In this document: one piece after another, positions 6,245 through 18,592 of the stretch
How the letters are laid out: the number at the start of each line of letters is the position of its first letter
Numbering within the stretch: the stretch's first letter is position 1
From: Candidatus Methylomirabilis oxygeniifera
GTDB lineage: Bacteria > Methylomirabilota > Methylomirabilia > Methylomirabilales > Methylomirabilaceae
Direction: 5' to 3'
Length of the DNA stretch: 32,000 nt
Assembly (NCBI GenBank): GCA_000091165.1
Contig: FP565575.1
Span: forward strand, 2,340,001 to 2,372,000
Position numbers and translations under genes: made by a program
Notes under the pieces: generated by a model
Database searches by the model: none
The model's input: only the letters and a program-made list of their open reading frames with translations
Told to the model about the DNA's origin: nothing

Positions 6245-7954
6245 TCATCGCGTCGTGAAGCTCGGGTACTCAGGGATCTCGCCAGCGAGGTAGCGACCGA
6301 GCAGCCGGGCCTGCACCTCCAGCACCCGCCGATAGCTGATCCGGTAGCCGAAGATGGGATGAGAAATCTCCTGACTCATGCGCCGCTCGTAGGCCTCGAT
6401 GAACCTGGTGCGACCGCTCGGGGTCAGGGAGACAGAGCCCGCGATGCTGATAAAGTCCTGCGGCCGCACCTCGCCGTTATTGACGGCCATGAGTACGACC
6501 GAATCCCCGATCAAGGACCGGAACTCCTCCATCAGGTCCAGGGCCAGAGCCGGGCGCCCGTACCGCGGCTGGTGGTAGAATCCCAGGAAGGGATCGAAGC
6601 CTACCGCCTGTAACGTGGTCGTCCATTCCCTGGTGAGCAGCGCGTAGGCAAACGAGAGCATCGCGTTCACAGGATCCCGAGGCGGACGGCGGTTGCGCTG
6701 CTGGAAGTCAAAGCCGGGCATAGGCGCATCCCCGCCTCGCAGCATCGCGCCGAAATTGGAAAAGTAGCGATGGGCCGCCGTTCCCTCGATGCCGAGGAGA
6801 GAGTCCATCCGATCTGCCCTAGCCGCGTGCTCCATGTCCTCCTTGAGATCCCGCAGGGTCTGCTCGGGTGGGTCGGGATGATTGCGACGAAGCAGCGTCC
6901 GGCAGTTGGCGATCTTCGCGCGTACGAACCGCTGAGCGAGGGCAAGGCAGCGCTGCGGATCCGATGCCGCGTCGTACTGACGTCGTCGCAGTTCCACGTT
7001 CTTGTGCCAGAGCCCCTGCGTGATACCGTAGAGCCAGCCGCCGTGCGACAGATACGAGATGGGGATGCCTCGCTGGCACAGCTCGTGGATCACCGGCGTG
7101 CTCGCGTGAACACCGCCAAACAGGACGAGATGCGACACCTCCTCCAGTCGGGCTTCTGCGAGGAGGGCGTCCTCATCCCAGACCTGAAGCACGTTCCCGT
7201 CCTTCTTGATCCGAGCCCCTTGATGCTGCACGTGCAGAGGGAGCGCGTCGTCCCTTGCGGGGAACAAGAGGCGAGGTTCAACCGGATGATCGCCGGCGGC
7301 CTTCAGGAGGCGTACCTCATCGGGCAGGCAGATCCCGACCAGCGAGCACCGCGGGCACTTCGGGCTATCGTCCAGTGGCGGCGGGATCAGTCCTCCGCGG
7401 GCCACTGCGGTCATCTGGCCGGCCAGCTCCAGCGTGCGCTCCACCAGGACCTCATCGAACTCAACCGTCACGCGCTCCTTCGACCCGGCAAAGTAAATCA
7501 CGCCGTTGTCGCACAGAAAGCCGTTGTCTCTCAAGATCAGCCCCTGTGCGCACACCTGCACCCGTTCGGGCTCATACGCGCCCTGTGGCAGGTGGGGGCG
7601 CTTGCCCCGCTTGTAATCGACAGGCGTGACCTGGTTTCCCTCCCCTTCGATCAGGTCAACCTTGGCCGTCAGCCCCAGGCGGTCCGAGGTCAGATGCACC
7701 GACCGTTCGTGGATCGCTTCGGGCTCTCCGGTTTCCTCTTTTGTCGGCTTCTGCCGCTGCCGCCCCCGATCCACGGTCCGGTGCCGCAACCGACCTTCCA
7801 CCGTGTCCGCGCTGTCCGCAAACTCCCCCTGCACCCACTCCAGGTAGCAGAGCCGCGGACAATAGGCGAATTCATTCAGCATCCGGGCCGGCAGCGGCCC
7901 TGGCAAAACATCAGAGGGTGGAAGCGACGGCGTCACTGGCAGTGTATCGTTCAC
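6245..7954 (-). CDS. cas4-cas1: Cas4-Cas1 fusion protein
   Basis: The N-terminal Cas4 part has FAYCPRLCYLEW, VDYKRGK and the CPRCSLVGIC cysteine cluster. The C-terminal Cas1 part has EGTAAHRYF, RRPPRDPVNAMLSFAYALL and GFYHQPRYGRPALALDLMEEFR. Confidence 0.93.
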   Translation of the reverse strand: MNDTLPVTPSLPPSDVLPGPLPARMLNEFAYCPRLCYLEWVQGEFADSADTVEGRLRHRTVDRGRQRQKPTKEETGEPEAIHERSVHLTSDRLGLTAKVDLIEGEGNQVTPVDYKRGKRPHLPQGAYEPERVQVCAQGLILRDNGFLCDNGVIYFAGSKERVTVEFDEVLVERTLELAGQMTAVARGGLIPPPLDDSPKCPRCSLVGICLPDEVRLLKAAGDHPVEPRLLFPARDDALPLHVQHQGARIKKDGNVLQVWDEDALLAEARLEEVSHLVLFGGVHASTPVIHELCQRGIPISYLSHGGWLYGITQGLWHKNVELRRRQYDAASDPQRCLALAQRFVRAKIANCRTLLRRNHPDPPEQTLRDLKEDMEHAARADRMDSLLGIEGTAAHRYFSNFGAMLRGGDAPMPGFDFQQRNRRPPRDPVNAMLSFAYALLTREWTTTLQAVGFDPFLGFYHQPRYGRPALALDLMEEFRSLIGDSVVLMAVNNGEVRPQDFISIAGSVSLTPSGRTRFIEAYERRMSQEISHPIFGYRISYRRVLEVQARLLGRYLAGEIPEYPSFTTR

Positions 7955-7957
7955 ATT

Positions 7958-12802
<4,845 letters not shown>

Positions 12803-12807
12803 CTCGG

Positions 12808-15396
12808 TTACCTCCCGACTTCGCTCGACCCCGCCGCCTGTTGCTCAGCCTTCTTGCTCGCCCGCATGTCTGCCGCGCGGAGGATGGCTTCCAGGTGCGC
12901 CAGCCGAAACGGGCCGAGTGTGTTTCGCAAATGGAGCATCCGTTCTGCCCAAGACGGCAGCCCTCTGAAAGGTTCCTGTTCGCACAGGCCCAACTCCATC
13001 GGCTCCAGCGAGAGCTTGACAACGGGAGCGGTCACGCCGCTGCCCAGATCAGTTGCCGGAAGCCCATCTCCGTCCCAGATGCCTCTAGCGAAACGGCGCT
13101 CTCCATCAGGGCGCATCTCATTCGGCAGTGAGCGGAGGGAGATGCGCACCTTACCGTGGTGCGCGGCGACAAGATACGCAACAAGGTCACGAATCTCGTT
13201 GGGAATGTTGTCATTTCTGGGGTCGAGCACCGACAGGGCCGAAGCGAGCTCATGGCGGAAGTGCCAGCGGCTGTACCGCTTCCAAGCTCCCGCCGCCTTG
13301 GCCCAGATCAGCGCTTCGTCAGGGACACCATCAGGTAGCGCCGCCCTGAATACGTCGTGCGCCTTTCCCCGGTCATGCCAGCGAGCAGCATGCAGCAGTG
13401 CTTGGCCTTCCAAGCCATTGATTGAGACCGTCTTGTTAATCTCTTCAACTTCCTTGCACAATTCATCCGTGTGTTGAGCAATGGTCTGCCAGACGGCGAT
13501 GCGCGACAACGGGTCATCATCGGTCGCTTCTGAAGGCTCGCCTTGGGTTCCCCCCGGTGTCGGCTCAACAGGGTCCCTGCTGTCCGGATCCCACCCCCGA
13601 TCCGCCCTGTATCCGCCCGCATCGGCGTGAACGAGAAAGAGCTGTCCAGGCGCGCTCCTACTCGCGTCGGCCCTCTCCCATTTCTTGTCGAGGAAGTTCC
13701 AGCGCCAGACATGGCCTGTGTGCTCCTTGGCGAATCTGCGGAAGCCGGGATTTGTCTCGCTCCCGATTGGTGCGGGGCACAGTTCTTCCCGCCGCGGTGC
13801 GGGTGCGTCATCTGGCGGCGGTTCATGTCCCTTGCGCTGGTCCCATACGCGCCAAAAGACGCGCACGTCGCTCTCCTCCACCTCGCGGACAAAGCGGTCT
13901 ATATCGATGTCATTGCCTGCCAGGTCCGGTGTGGTGTCGAAGAGATCGATCAGGTCTTTGCGACGAATCACATGGTCGTGACTGAAGGGCATCGGGACAT
14001 TAGGGAGTGACCCCAGGCCGACATCGACCAGCCTCTTCAACTGCTCAGCCGCTTCCTTGAGATCGTTAAATTGATAGGGAGCGGCGACCTTTTCGGCATC
14101 CGCCTCCTTCGGTGGCAGGGCTATCCAGCGGACCGCAGCATTGCCGTTGTCTTCCCCCTTTCGGTTGCAGCGCCCACACCGCTGCACAAGCGACGCCCAT
14201 GGAGCCAGCTCCGTAAACAGCGTCGTGGCGCTCACGTCCACGCCAGCCTCAATGACCTGCGTGCTGACAACGATGGTGCCCGGCTCACCTGGCTTGATCT
14301 CCGCGAGCGCTCGATTCACTTGTTTCTTGCGGTCCTCGGGCCTGAATCGCGAGTGCAGCAAAACTATTCCGGGCTCGGAAGTGGTGGGGACGCTCGCACC
14401 CTTCTCCAAGTCTCTTGTCTTCTTGCTCTTCCTTCCCTCCTTTGAGGAATCATTGGCGATCGTCTTCAGGGCTTCGAACAGCGTACAGGCCCGTTTGACT
14501 GTATTGACGATGGCGATGGTCCGCGTGCCGGGCTTGTGGGCATTGCGCACTTCTTGCGCCAGCCGGGTCGCATCTCCTATCGCTGCTTCGGCCTTCGCCA
14601 GCGACTTCTTCGCCTTCCAGCGATCCTCTAAAGTCTTGCGAGCCTTCTCATCCAGTCCGTCGGCCTTGATCTGCTTTTTGAAGTCAAACTTGAGTTCGGG
14701 CGCTTCGTGGAGGAATGGCGCGAAGTCCACGGTCTTAAGCCAATCATGCTGCAATGTCGCAGACATCCATACGCTGCGACAGCCGTGGCTGTTCTTGGCC
14801 GCGTCTGGGTCTTTGTCGGGAAGGAGACGGCGGAACGCTTCAAGCTGGGCCGTCGTCGACAATCCTGCACCCATTAACTGGATCTCGTCGAAGACCCACA
14901 GGCAGTCCTTGTTAAGCAGGCCGAACTGCATGGGCCAGCGGGATCGGGTCGCGGCATATCCACGGTTGAGCGCCCGCGACAGAAGCATGTCTTGCGTGCC
15001 GATGATGATCTGGTCGCGCTCCGGGTGGATGTCCCAGTCGCCTTCGTCCTCGCCACCCATAAGGATGTGGATGTTGAGTGGCTGTGCCATTTCCTTGGGG
15101 TAGTGCTTTTTCAGCTCGGTAAGCCATTTCTTTGCCTGGCCTTCCGTCTGCTCCGCAAGCACCCGCATGGGCAAGCAGTACACGAGCCGCCGGGGCGTGA
15201 CCTTTCTGATTTCCTTGCCACAAAAACGCCGCCGCCACAGCCAGCCTAAGACCGCCATGGCCGTCTTCCCCATCCCTGTCGGCACGTTCACGAGCTGCGG
15301 CAACTCGGCTGCCTCCGCAAATCGGCGCTGATAGGGGAACGGTCGGCATCCTGTCGCCCGCTGGAACCACTGATCGAAGTCCGTCATCGGCAACAC
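12808..15396 (-). CDS. cas3: Cas3 helicase with C-terminal HD nuclease (I-G architecture)
   Basis: 862 aa. Walker A VNVPTGMGKTAMAV and DExQ box VFDEIQLMG lie in the N-terminal half. HD-domain motifs (AARWHDRGKAHDVF, FRHELASALS, VAAHHGKVR) lie at the C-terminus, which is the I-G/I-U domain order. Confidence 0.92.
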   Translation of the reverse strand: MLPMTDFDQWFQRATGCRPFPYQRRFAEAAELPQLVNVPTGMGKTAMAVLGWLWRRRFCGKEIRKVTPRRLVYCLPMRVLAEQTEGQAKKWLTELKKHYPKEMAQPLNIHILMGGEDEGDWDIHPERDQIIIGTQDMLLSRALNRGYAATRSRWPMQFGLLNKDCLWVFDEIQLMGAGLSTTAQLEAFRRLLPDKDPDAAKNSHGCRSVWMSATLQHDWLKTVDFAPFLHEAPELKFDFKKQIKADGLDEKARKTLEDRWKAKKSLAKAEAAIGDATRLAQEVRNAHKPGTRTIAIVNTVKRACTLFEALKTIANDSSKEGRKSKKTRDLEKGASVPTTSEPGIVLLHSRFRPEDRKKQVNRALAEIKPGEPGTIVVSTQVIEAGVDVSATTLFTELAPWASLVQRCGRCNRKGEDNGNAAVRWIALPPKEADAEKVAAPYQFNDLKEAAEQLKRLVDVGLGSLPNVPMPFSHDHVIRRKDLIDLFDTTPDLAGNDIDIDRFVREVEESDVRVFWRVWDQRKGHEPPPDDAPAPRREELCPAPIGSETNPGFRRFAKEHTGHVWRWNFLDKKWERADASRSAPGQLFLVHADAGGYRADRGWDPDSRDPVEPTPGGTQGEPSEATDDDPLSRIAVWQTIAQHTDELCKEVEEINKTVSINGLEGQALLHAARWHDRGKAHDVFRAALPDGVPDEALIWAKAAGAWKRYSRWHFRHELASALSVLDPRNDNIPNEIRDLVAYLVAAHHGKVRISLRSLPNEMRPDGERRFARGIWDGDGLPATDLGSGVTAPVVKLSLEPMELGLCEQEPFRGLPSWAERMLHLRNTLGPFRLAHLEAILRAADMRASKKAEQQAAGSSEVGR

Positions 15397-15494
15397 CTCC
15401 CCTCAGATTTCATACCCTTGCCGAGTCATGCAGGCTGCGGGTCCCTTTGTTCCGCTCGGGGTGAGTATATAATCGATACGTTACCACGTCTCTA

Positions 15495-15517
15495 TGACAT
15501 CCGAGGTCACTTTCCGC
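15495..15517. promoter_or_regulatory. dyad-symmetric box about 100 nt upstream of cas3 (candidate operator)
   Basis: TGACATCCGAGGTCACTTTCCGC is 20/23 identical to 18570-18592, next to the WYL gene. It lies just upstream of a minus-strand TATACT (15469-15464). Statistically marginal; see findings. Confidence 0.3.
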
Positions 15518-15835
15518 CTATCTGGCGGCCACAGGGGATGACCCTACGAGCTGCCATCCCCCGGATTGCGTGTGGGCGACAGAAACAGGTACCGGACACC
15601 TTTCCGCGCGTAACCCCATGGAATCCCGCGAGTCGGATTTCAATTCTTCCTCGCTCGTAAACCTCCAGGGTGTTGTTTCCAACGTTAACTTTCGCCTCCC
15701 CGCCCTCGACCGAAGCCCTGCTCAGTTGGTCTTCCATCACCGCGATGGCGCGCAGCGCAGGCGCCGCCTCCTCCGATAGACCGGTCTCGCCTCCTCGACC
15801 CCGAAGCCGATGCGTTGTCCCGCACCGTTTACTTC

Positions 15836-15864
15836 TTGACGTATCGCCATCTCTGCTGTATGGT
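15836..15864 (+). promoter_or_regulatory. putative sigma70 promoter placed for a leaderless vapB mRNA
   Basis: TTGACG, a 17-nt spacer, then TATGGT ending 7 nt before the ATG at 15872. No Shine-Dalgarno sequence. Confidence 0.5.
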
Positions 15865-15871
15865 TTTCCAT

Positions 15872-16099
15872 ATGAAGACCACGCTGAATATCGACGATTC
15901 CGTTATGGTCCTTCTCAAGCGCGAGGCGGCCCGGCAAGGGCGGACGATGTCCGAACTTGTGGAGTCCGCGCTTCGCCTGATGCTCCGCGCCCAGCGGAGG
16001 CGGAGCGGCCTCCCTCCGCTGCCGACGTTTCGAAGCGGGGGCCACCTCGTGGACGTCGCGGACCGCGACGCTCTGTACCAGGCCATGGAAGGCCGTTAG
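15872..16099 (+). CDS. vapB: VapB-family (ribbon-helix-helix) antitoxin
   Basis: An internal ATG of ORF 15815..16099 gives MKTTLNIDDSVMVLLKREAARQGRTMSELVESALRLML, a classic RHH VapB N-terminus. Paralogue of 17843..18082. Confidence 0.8.
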   Translation: MKTTLNIDDSVMVLLKREAARQGRTMSELVESALRLMLRAQRRRSGLPPLPTFRSGGHLVDVADRDALYQAMEGR

Positions 16100-16533
16100 T
16101 GTTCGTCTCGGACACGAACGTTCTCATCTACGCCGCCGATGCGGATTCCCCTTTCCATCGCCGGTGTCATGCGCGCCTTCAGGACTGGCGCGGCCAGACC
16201 TCAGCCTGGTACCTGACTTGGGGTATTTTATACGAATTCCTCCGGGTGACAACGCATCCACGAGTGTTCCGACAGCCCTGGCCGGCGGCGCGCGCGTGGG
16301 AATTTATTGAGGCTGTGCTGGCTTCTCCCGGTCTCAGCCTCCTCCTCCCCACGGATAGGCATGCCACGGTCGTGGCCGAGGTATTCGGGGAACTGCCGCA
16401 CCTCGCTGGGAACGTGATACACGACGCTCACACTGCTATTCTGATGCGCGAGCATGGGATTCGACGCATCTATACCCGAGACACCGACTTCCATCGCTTC
16501 CCCTTCCTCGAACCGATTGATCCGATGGCCTAG
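16099..16533 (+). CDS. vapC: PIN-domain toxin VapC
   Basis: GTG at 16099 overlaps the vapB stop (TAGTG). VFVSDTNVLIYAADADSPFH... and ..NVIHDAHTAILMREHGIRRIYTRDTDFHRF. This is the C-terminal part of the listed ORF 15670..16533. Paralogue of 18079..18513. Confidence 0.85.
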   Translation: MFVSDTNVLIYAADADSPFHRRCHARLQDWRGQTSAWYLTWGILYEFLRVTTHPRVFRQPWPAARAWEFIEAVLASPGLSLLLPTDRHATVVAEVFGELPHLAGNVIHDAHTAILMREHGIRRIYTRDTDFHRFPFLEPIDPMA

Positions 16534-16563
16534 TGTTGTGCGTCTCACGCGTCTTTCTATGTA

Positions 16564-16708
16564 CCGTTCACCCTGAGTCTGTCGAAGGGTCAGGCATGTC
16601 GACCAGTTGCGTTCATGGTTCGACAAGCCTGTCCTGAGCATCCCAGCCGTTTCCTTCGACCAGCTCAGGACGAACGGCTGAGATGTCGAAGGGCTCACCA
16701 CGAACGGC
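16564..16708. repeat. cluster of nested inverted/direct short repeats (REP-like intergenic element)
   Basis: CCGTTCACCCTGAGTCTGTCGAAGG (16564-16588) is the 20/25 inverted partner of CCTTCGACCAGCTCAGGACGAACGG (16653-16677). Related CTGAG..TCGAAGGG and ACGAACGG pieces recur at 16618-16645 and 16677-16708. Confidence 0.6.
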
Positions 16709-16722
16709 CCATAAAGGTATTG

Positions 16723-16968
16723 ATGACTCACCACACGAGCAAATGTCCTGTGTGCGGCGGCCCTGAAGAACCTGCCCACGTCACCTTCGCAACCACAGCG
16801 AGCGAGGCTCTCGTGTCTATCGAGGGCGTGCCAGCACTGGTTTGCCGCCAGTGCGGTGAGGAAACATTCTCGGCGGAGACAGTTAAGCGCATCGAAGCGC
16901 CGCTCGCTTCGCACCCAGCCCCCCGACGTGTCGCTGCGGTACCTGTATACACTCTGGATGCCGCGTAG
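16723..16968 (+). CDS. YgiT-type (MqsA N-terminal-like) zinc-finger protein
   Basis: An internal ATG preceded by AAAGG gives [13 protein letters not shown]...[21 protein letters not shown], with CxxC...CxxC spacing as in the YgiT zinc-finger domain. No HTH domain and no partner toxin are seen. Confidence 0.65.
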   Translation: MTHHTSKCPVCGGPEEPAHVTFATTASEALVSIEGVPALVCRQCGEETFSAETVKRIEAPLASHPAPRRVAAVPVYTLDAA

Positions 16969-17416
16969 CCTATCGCCGAAAAAAGTAGGACGTCATATTT
17001 CTTCTCGAGTTCATGTAGACGCCGAGCCAGTTCTGCGTTGGAGGCAACCATCCGGCGCAGTCGCACGAAGGCTCGCATGATCTCGATGTTTACCTGCACG
17101 GCGCGAGCGCTTCGCAGGACGCTCGATAGCATCGCCACGCCTTGCTCGGTGAAGGCGTAGGGCGACGCCCGCCGGAGACCGCCCCAACTTGAAATCACAA
17201 TTTGTGATTTCAAGTTGGTTAGCTCCTCGCGAGTCAACTGAAACATGAAATCGTCCGGGAATCGATCGAGATTGCGTTTGACGGCCTGGACGAGAACGCG
17301 CGGCTCTACACCGTAGAGGGCTGCCAAGTCCGTGCTCAGCATGACCGCTCGCCACGCAGGAGGACGATCTGCTCCTCGATCAGCCCAGCATGAGCCACGC
17401 TCTTTTTCTCGACCAA
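16969..17416 (-). pseudogene. ORF6N (KilA-N-like) domain gene, frameshifted and 3'-disrupted
   Basis: ORF 16728..17342 encodes [83 protein letters not shown]. The expected N-terminus (..[23 protein letters not shown]) lies in a different reading frame at 17343-17416, ending GER-S-C-stop, so one base is missing near 17343. The C-terminal 80 aa of the ORF is low-complexity antisense of the zinc-finger gene. Confidence 0.65.
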
Positions 17417-17804
17417 GTTTCCTCGCTTTCGGCCCGCTGTGAACTGCGGGGGTGTCGTTACCTACATCGCTTTTCGCTTCCCTATTCCAGACCGAAGCTC
17501 TACCCGCTCAGTCCCTATTGCCGCGACGGTGTGCGGCGCAACCGCCGCGTCCGATAGCTCGTCCCGGCATCATCGACGTGAAAGCCGATGCGTTTTGTCG
17601 GCGGTGGACAGGGGTCCGCCCCTACAACTCCTACGACCCTGCGGATCACGTCCGGCGCAGATGGAACCGGTGCGGTCGCGCCCCACAAACGGCCCTAAGA
17701 ACGAGCGCTGCAAGCGGCGCCCCTAGGATCTGCATCCTACCCCCGCAACCCCAACCTTCTCCCGCACCCGGGGGGTACCCGGGAGGCGAAGGGGAATATG
17801 TTGT

Positions 17805-17833
17805 TTGACATCAGATGCGGTCGATGTTAACAT
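17805..17833 (+). promoter_or_regulatory. putative sigma70 promoter placed for a near-leaderless vapB mRNA
   Basis: TTGACA, a 17-nt spacer, then TAACAT ending 9 nt before the ATG at 17843. No Shine-Dalgarno sequence. Confidence 0.55.
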
Positions 17834-17842
17834 CATTACATC

Positions 17843-18082
17843 ATGGCGCGAACGACCATAGACATCGATACTCCACTTTTAAGAGAGCTCAAGAAGCTGC
17901 AGGCGCGGGAGGGGCGGTCCATGGGCAAGATCGTGTCGCAGCTCCTGGCGGAAGCTCTTGCGCGGCGGACACGTACGCCTCAACCTCCCAAGTTCCAGTG
18001 GACCTCCCGCCCCATGCACGCGCTCGTCGATCTCTCCGATAAAGAAGCTGTGTATGGCGTCCTGGACCGCGATACCGAATGA
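17843..18082 (+). CDS. vapB: VapB-family (RHH) antitoxin
   Basis: MARTTIDIDTPLLRELKKLQAREGRSMGKIVSQLLAEAL. It overlaps the vapC start by 4 nt. Confidence 0.85.
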   Translation: MARTTIDIDTPLLRELKKLQAREGRSMGKIVSQLLAEALARRTRTPQPPKFQWTSRPMHALVDLSDKEAVYGVLDRDTE

Positions 18083-18513
18083 GCTATTCGGTAGACGTCA
18101 ACGTCCTTCTCTATGCTTCGGACACATCCAGTCCCAAGCATCCGGAAGCCATCCGCTTCATGGAGGAGCGCGCCTTCGACCCCGACCTGTTCTGCATTGC
18201 CTGGTCCACGCTGATTGCCTATCTCCGCATCGCTACCTATCCGCGAATCTTCGCTCGGCCGCTCTCGCCGAGTGACGCGCTAGGGAACGTCGAGTCCCTT
18301 CTCAGTCTACCGCGCGTGCGTACGCTCTCGGAGGGAGAGGACTTCCTTGATGGCTACCGTGGCGTGACCGCCCACTTTCCTGTGCGCGGCAACCTTGTTC
18401 CCGACGCTCATCTGGCGACCCTTCTCCAACAGCACGGCGTAGGCAGGCTGTATACGGCCGATCGGGACTTCAGGAAATTCGACTTCCTCGAGGTTGTCGA
18501 CCCCTTCGAATAG
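18079..18513 (+). CDS. vapC: PIN-domain toxin VapC
   Basis: MSYSVDVNVLLYASDTSSPKH... and ..NLVPDAHLATLLQQHGVGRLYTADRDFRKF. Colinear with the 16099..16533 paralogue. Confidence 0.88.
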   Translation: MSYSVDVNVLLYASDTSSPKHPEAIRFMEERAFDPDLFCIAWSTLIAYLRIATYPRIFARPLSPSDALGNVESLLSLPRVRTLSEGEDFLDGYRGVTAHFPVRGNLVPDAHLATLLQQHGVGRLYTADRDFRKFDFLEVVDPFE

Positions 18514-18569
18514 CATGCCCCAATGAGCTCTCGTGTCCCATTGACTGGCTTTTACTGTACCGCCCCCCG

Positions 18570-18592
18570 TGACATCCGGGGTCACTTCACGC
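18570..18592. promoter_or_regulatory. second copy of the dyad box, abutting the WYL gene stop codon
   Basis: TGACATCCGGGGTCACTTCACGC. With the preceding G it forms a perfect GTGAC-N7-GTCAC (18569-18585). Confidence 0.3.

Noticed and set aside
15507-15740. 77-aa minus-strand ORF upstream of cas3 as a possible extra cas-operon gene or anti-CRISPR-like gene
   Set aside because: It has no Shine-Dalgarno sequence and a GTG start within a longer open frame. Its composition is Gly/Arg-rich with no recognisable family. It is kept only as part of the finding on the long intergenic region.
16728-16968. C-terminal 80 codons of the 204-aa ORF6N ORF
   Set aside because: The translation is low-complexity (..[18 protein letters not shown]..) and exactly antisense to the well-formed YgiT zinc-finger CDS. 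The likeliest explanation is chance read-through after loss of the true 3' end.
17439-17808. + ORFs of 95 and 118 aa
   Set aside because: They are Pro/Arg/Ala-rich translations of GC-rich repeat sequence, with no start context and no family resemblance.
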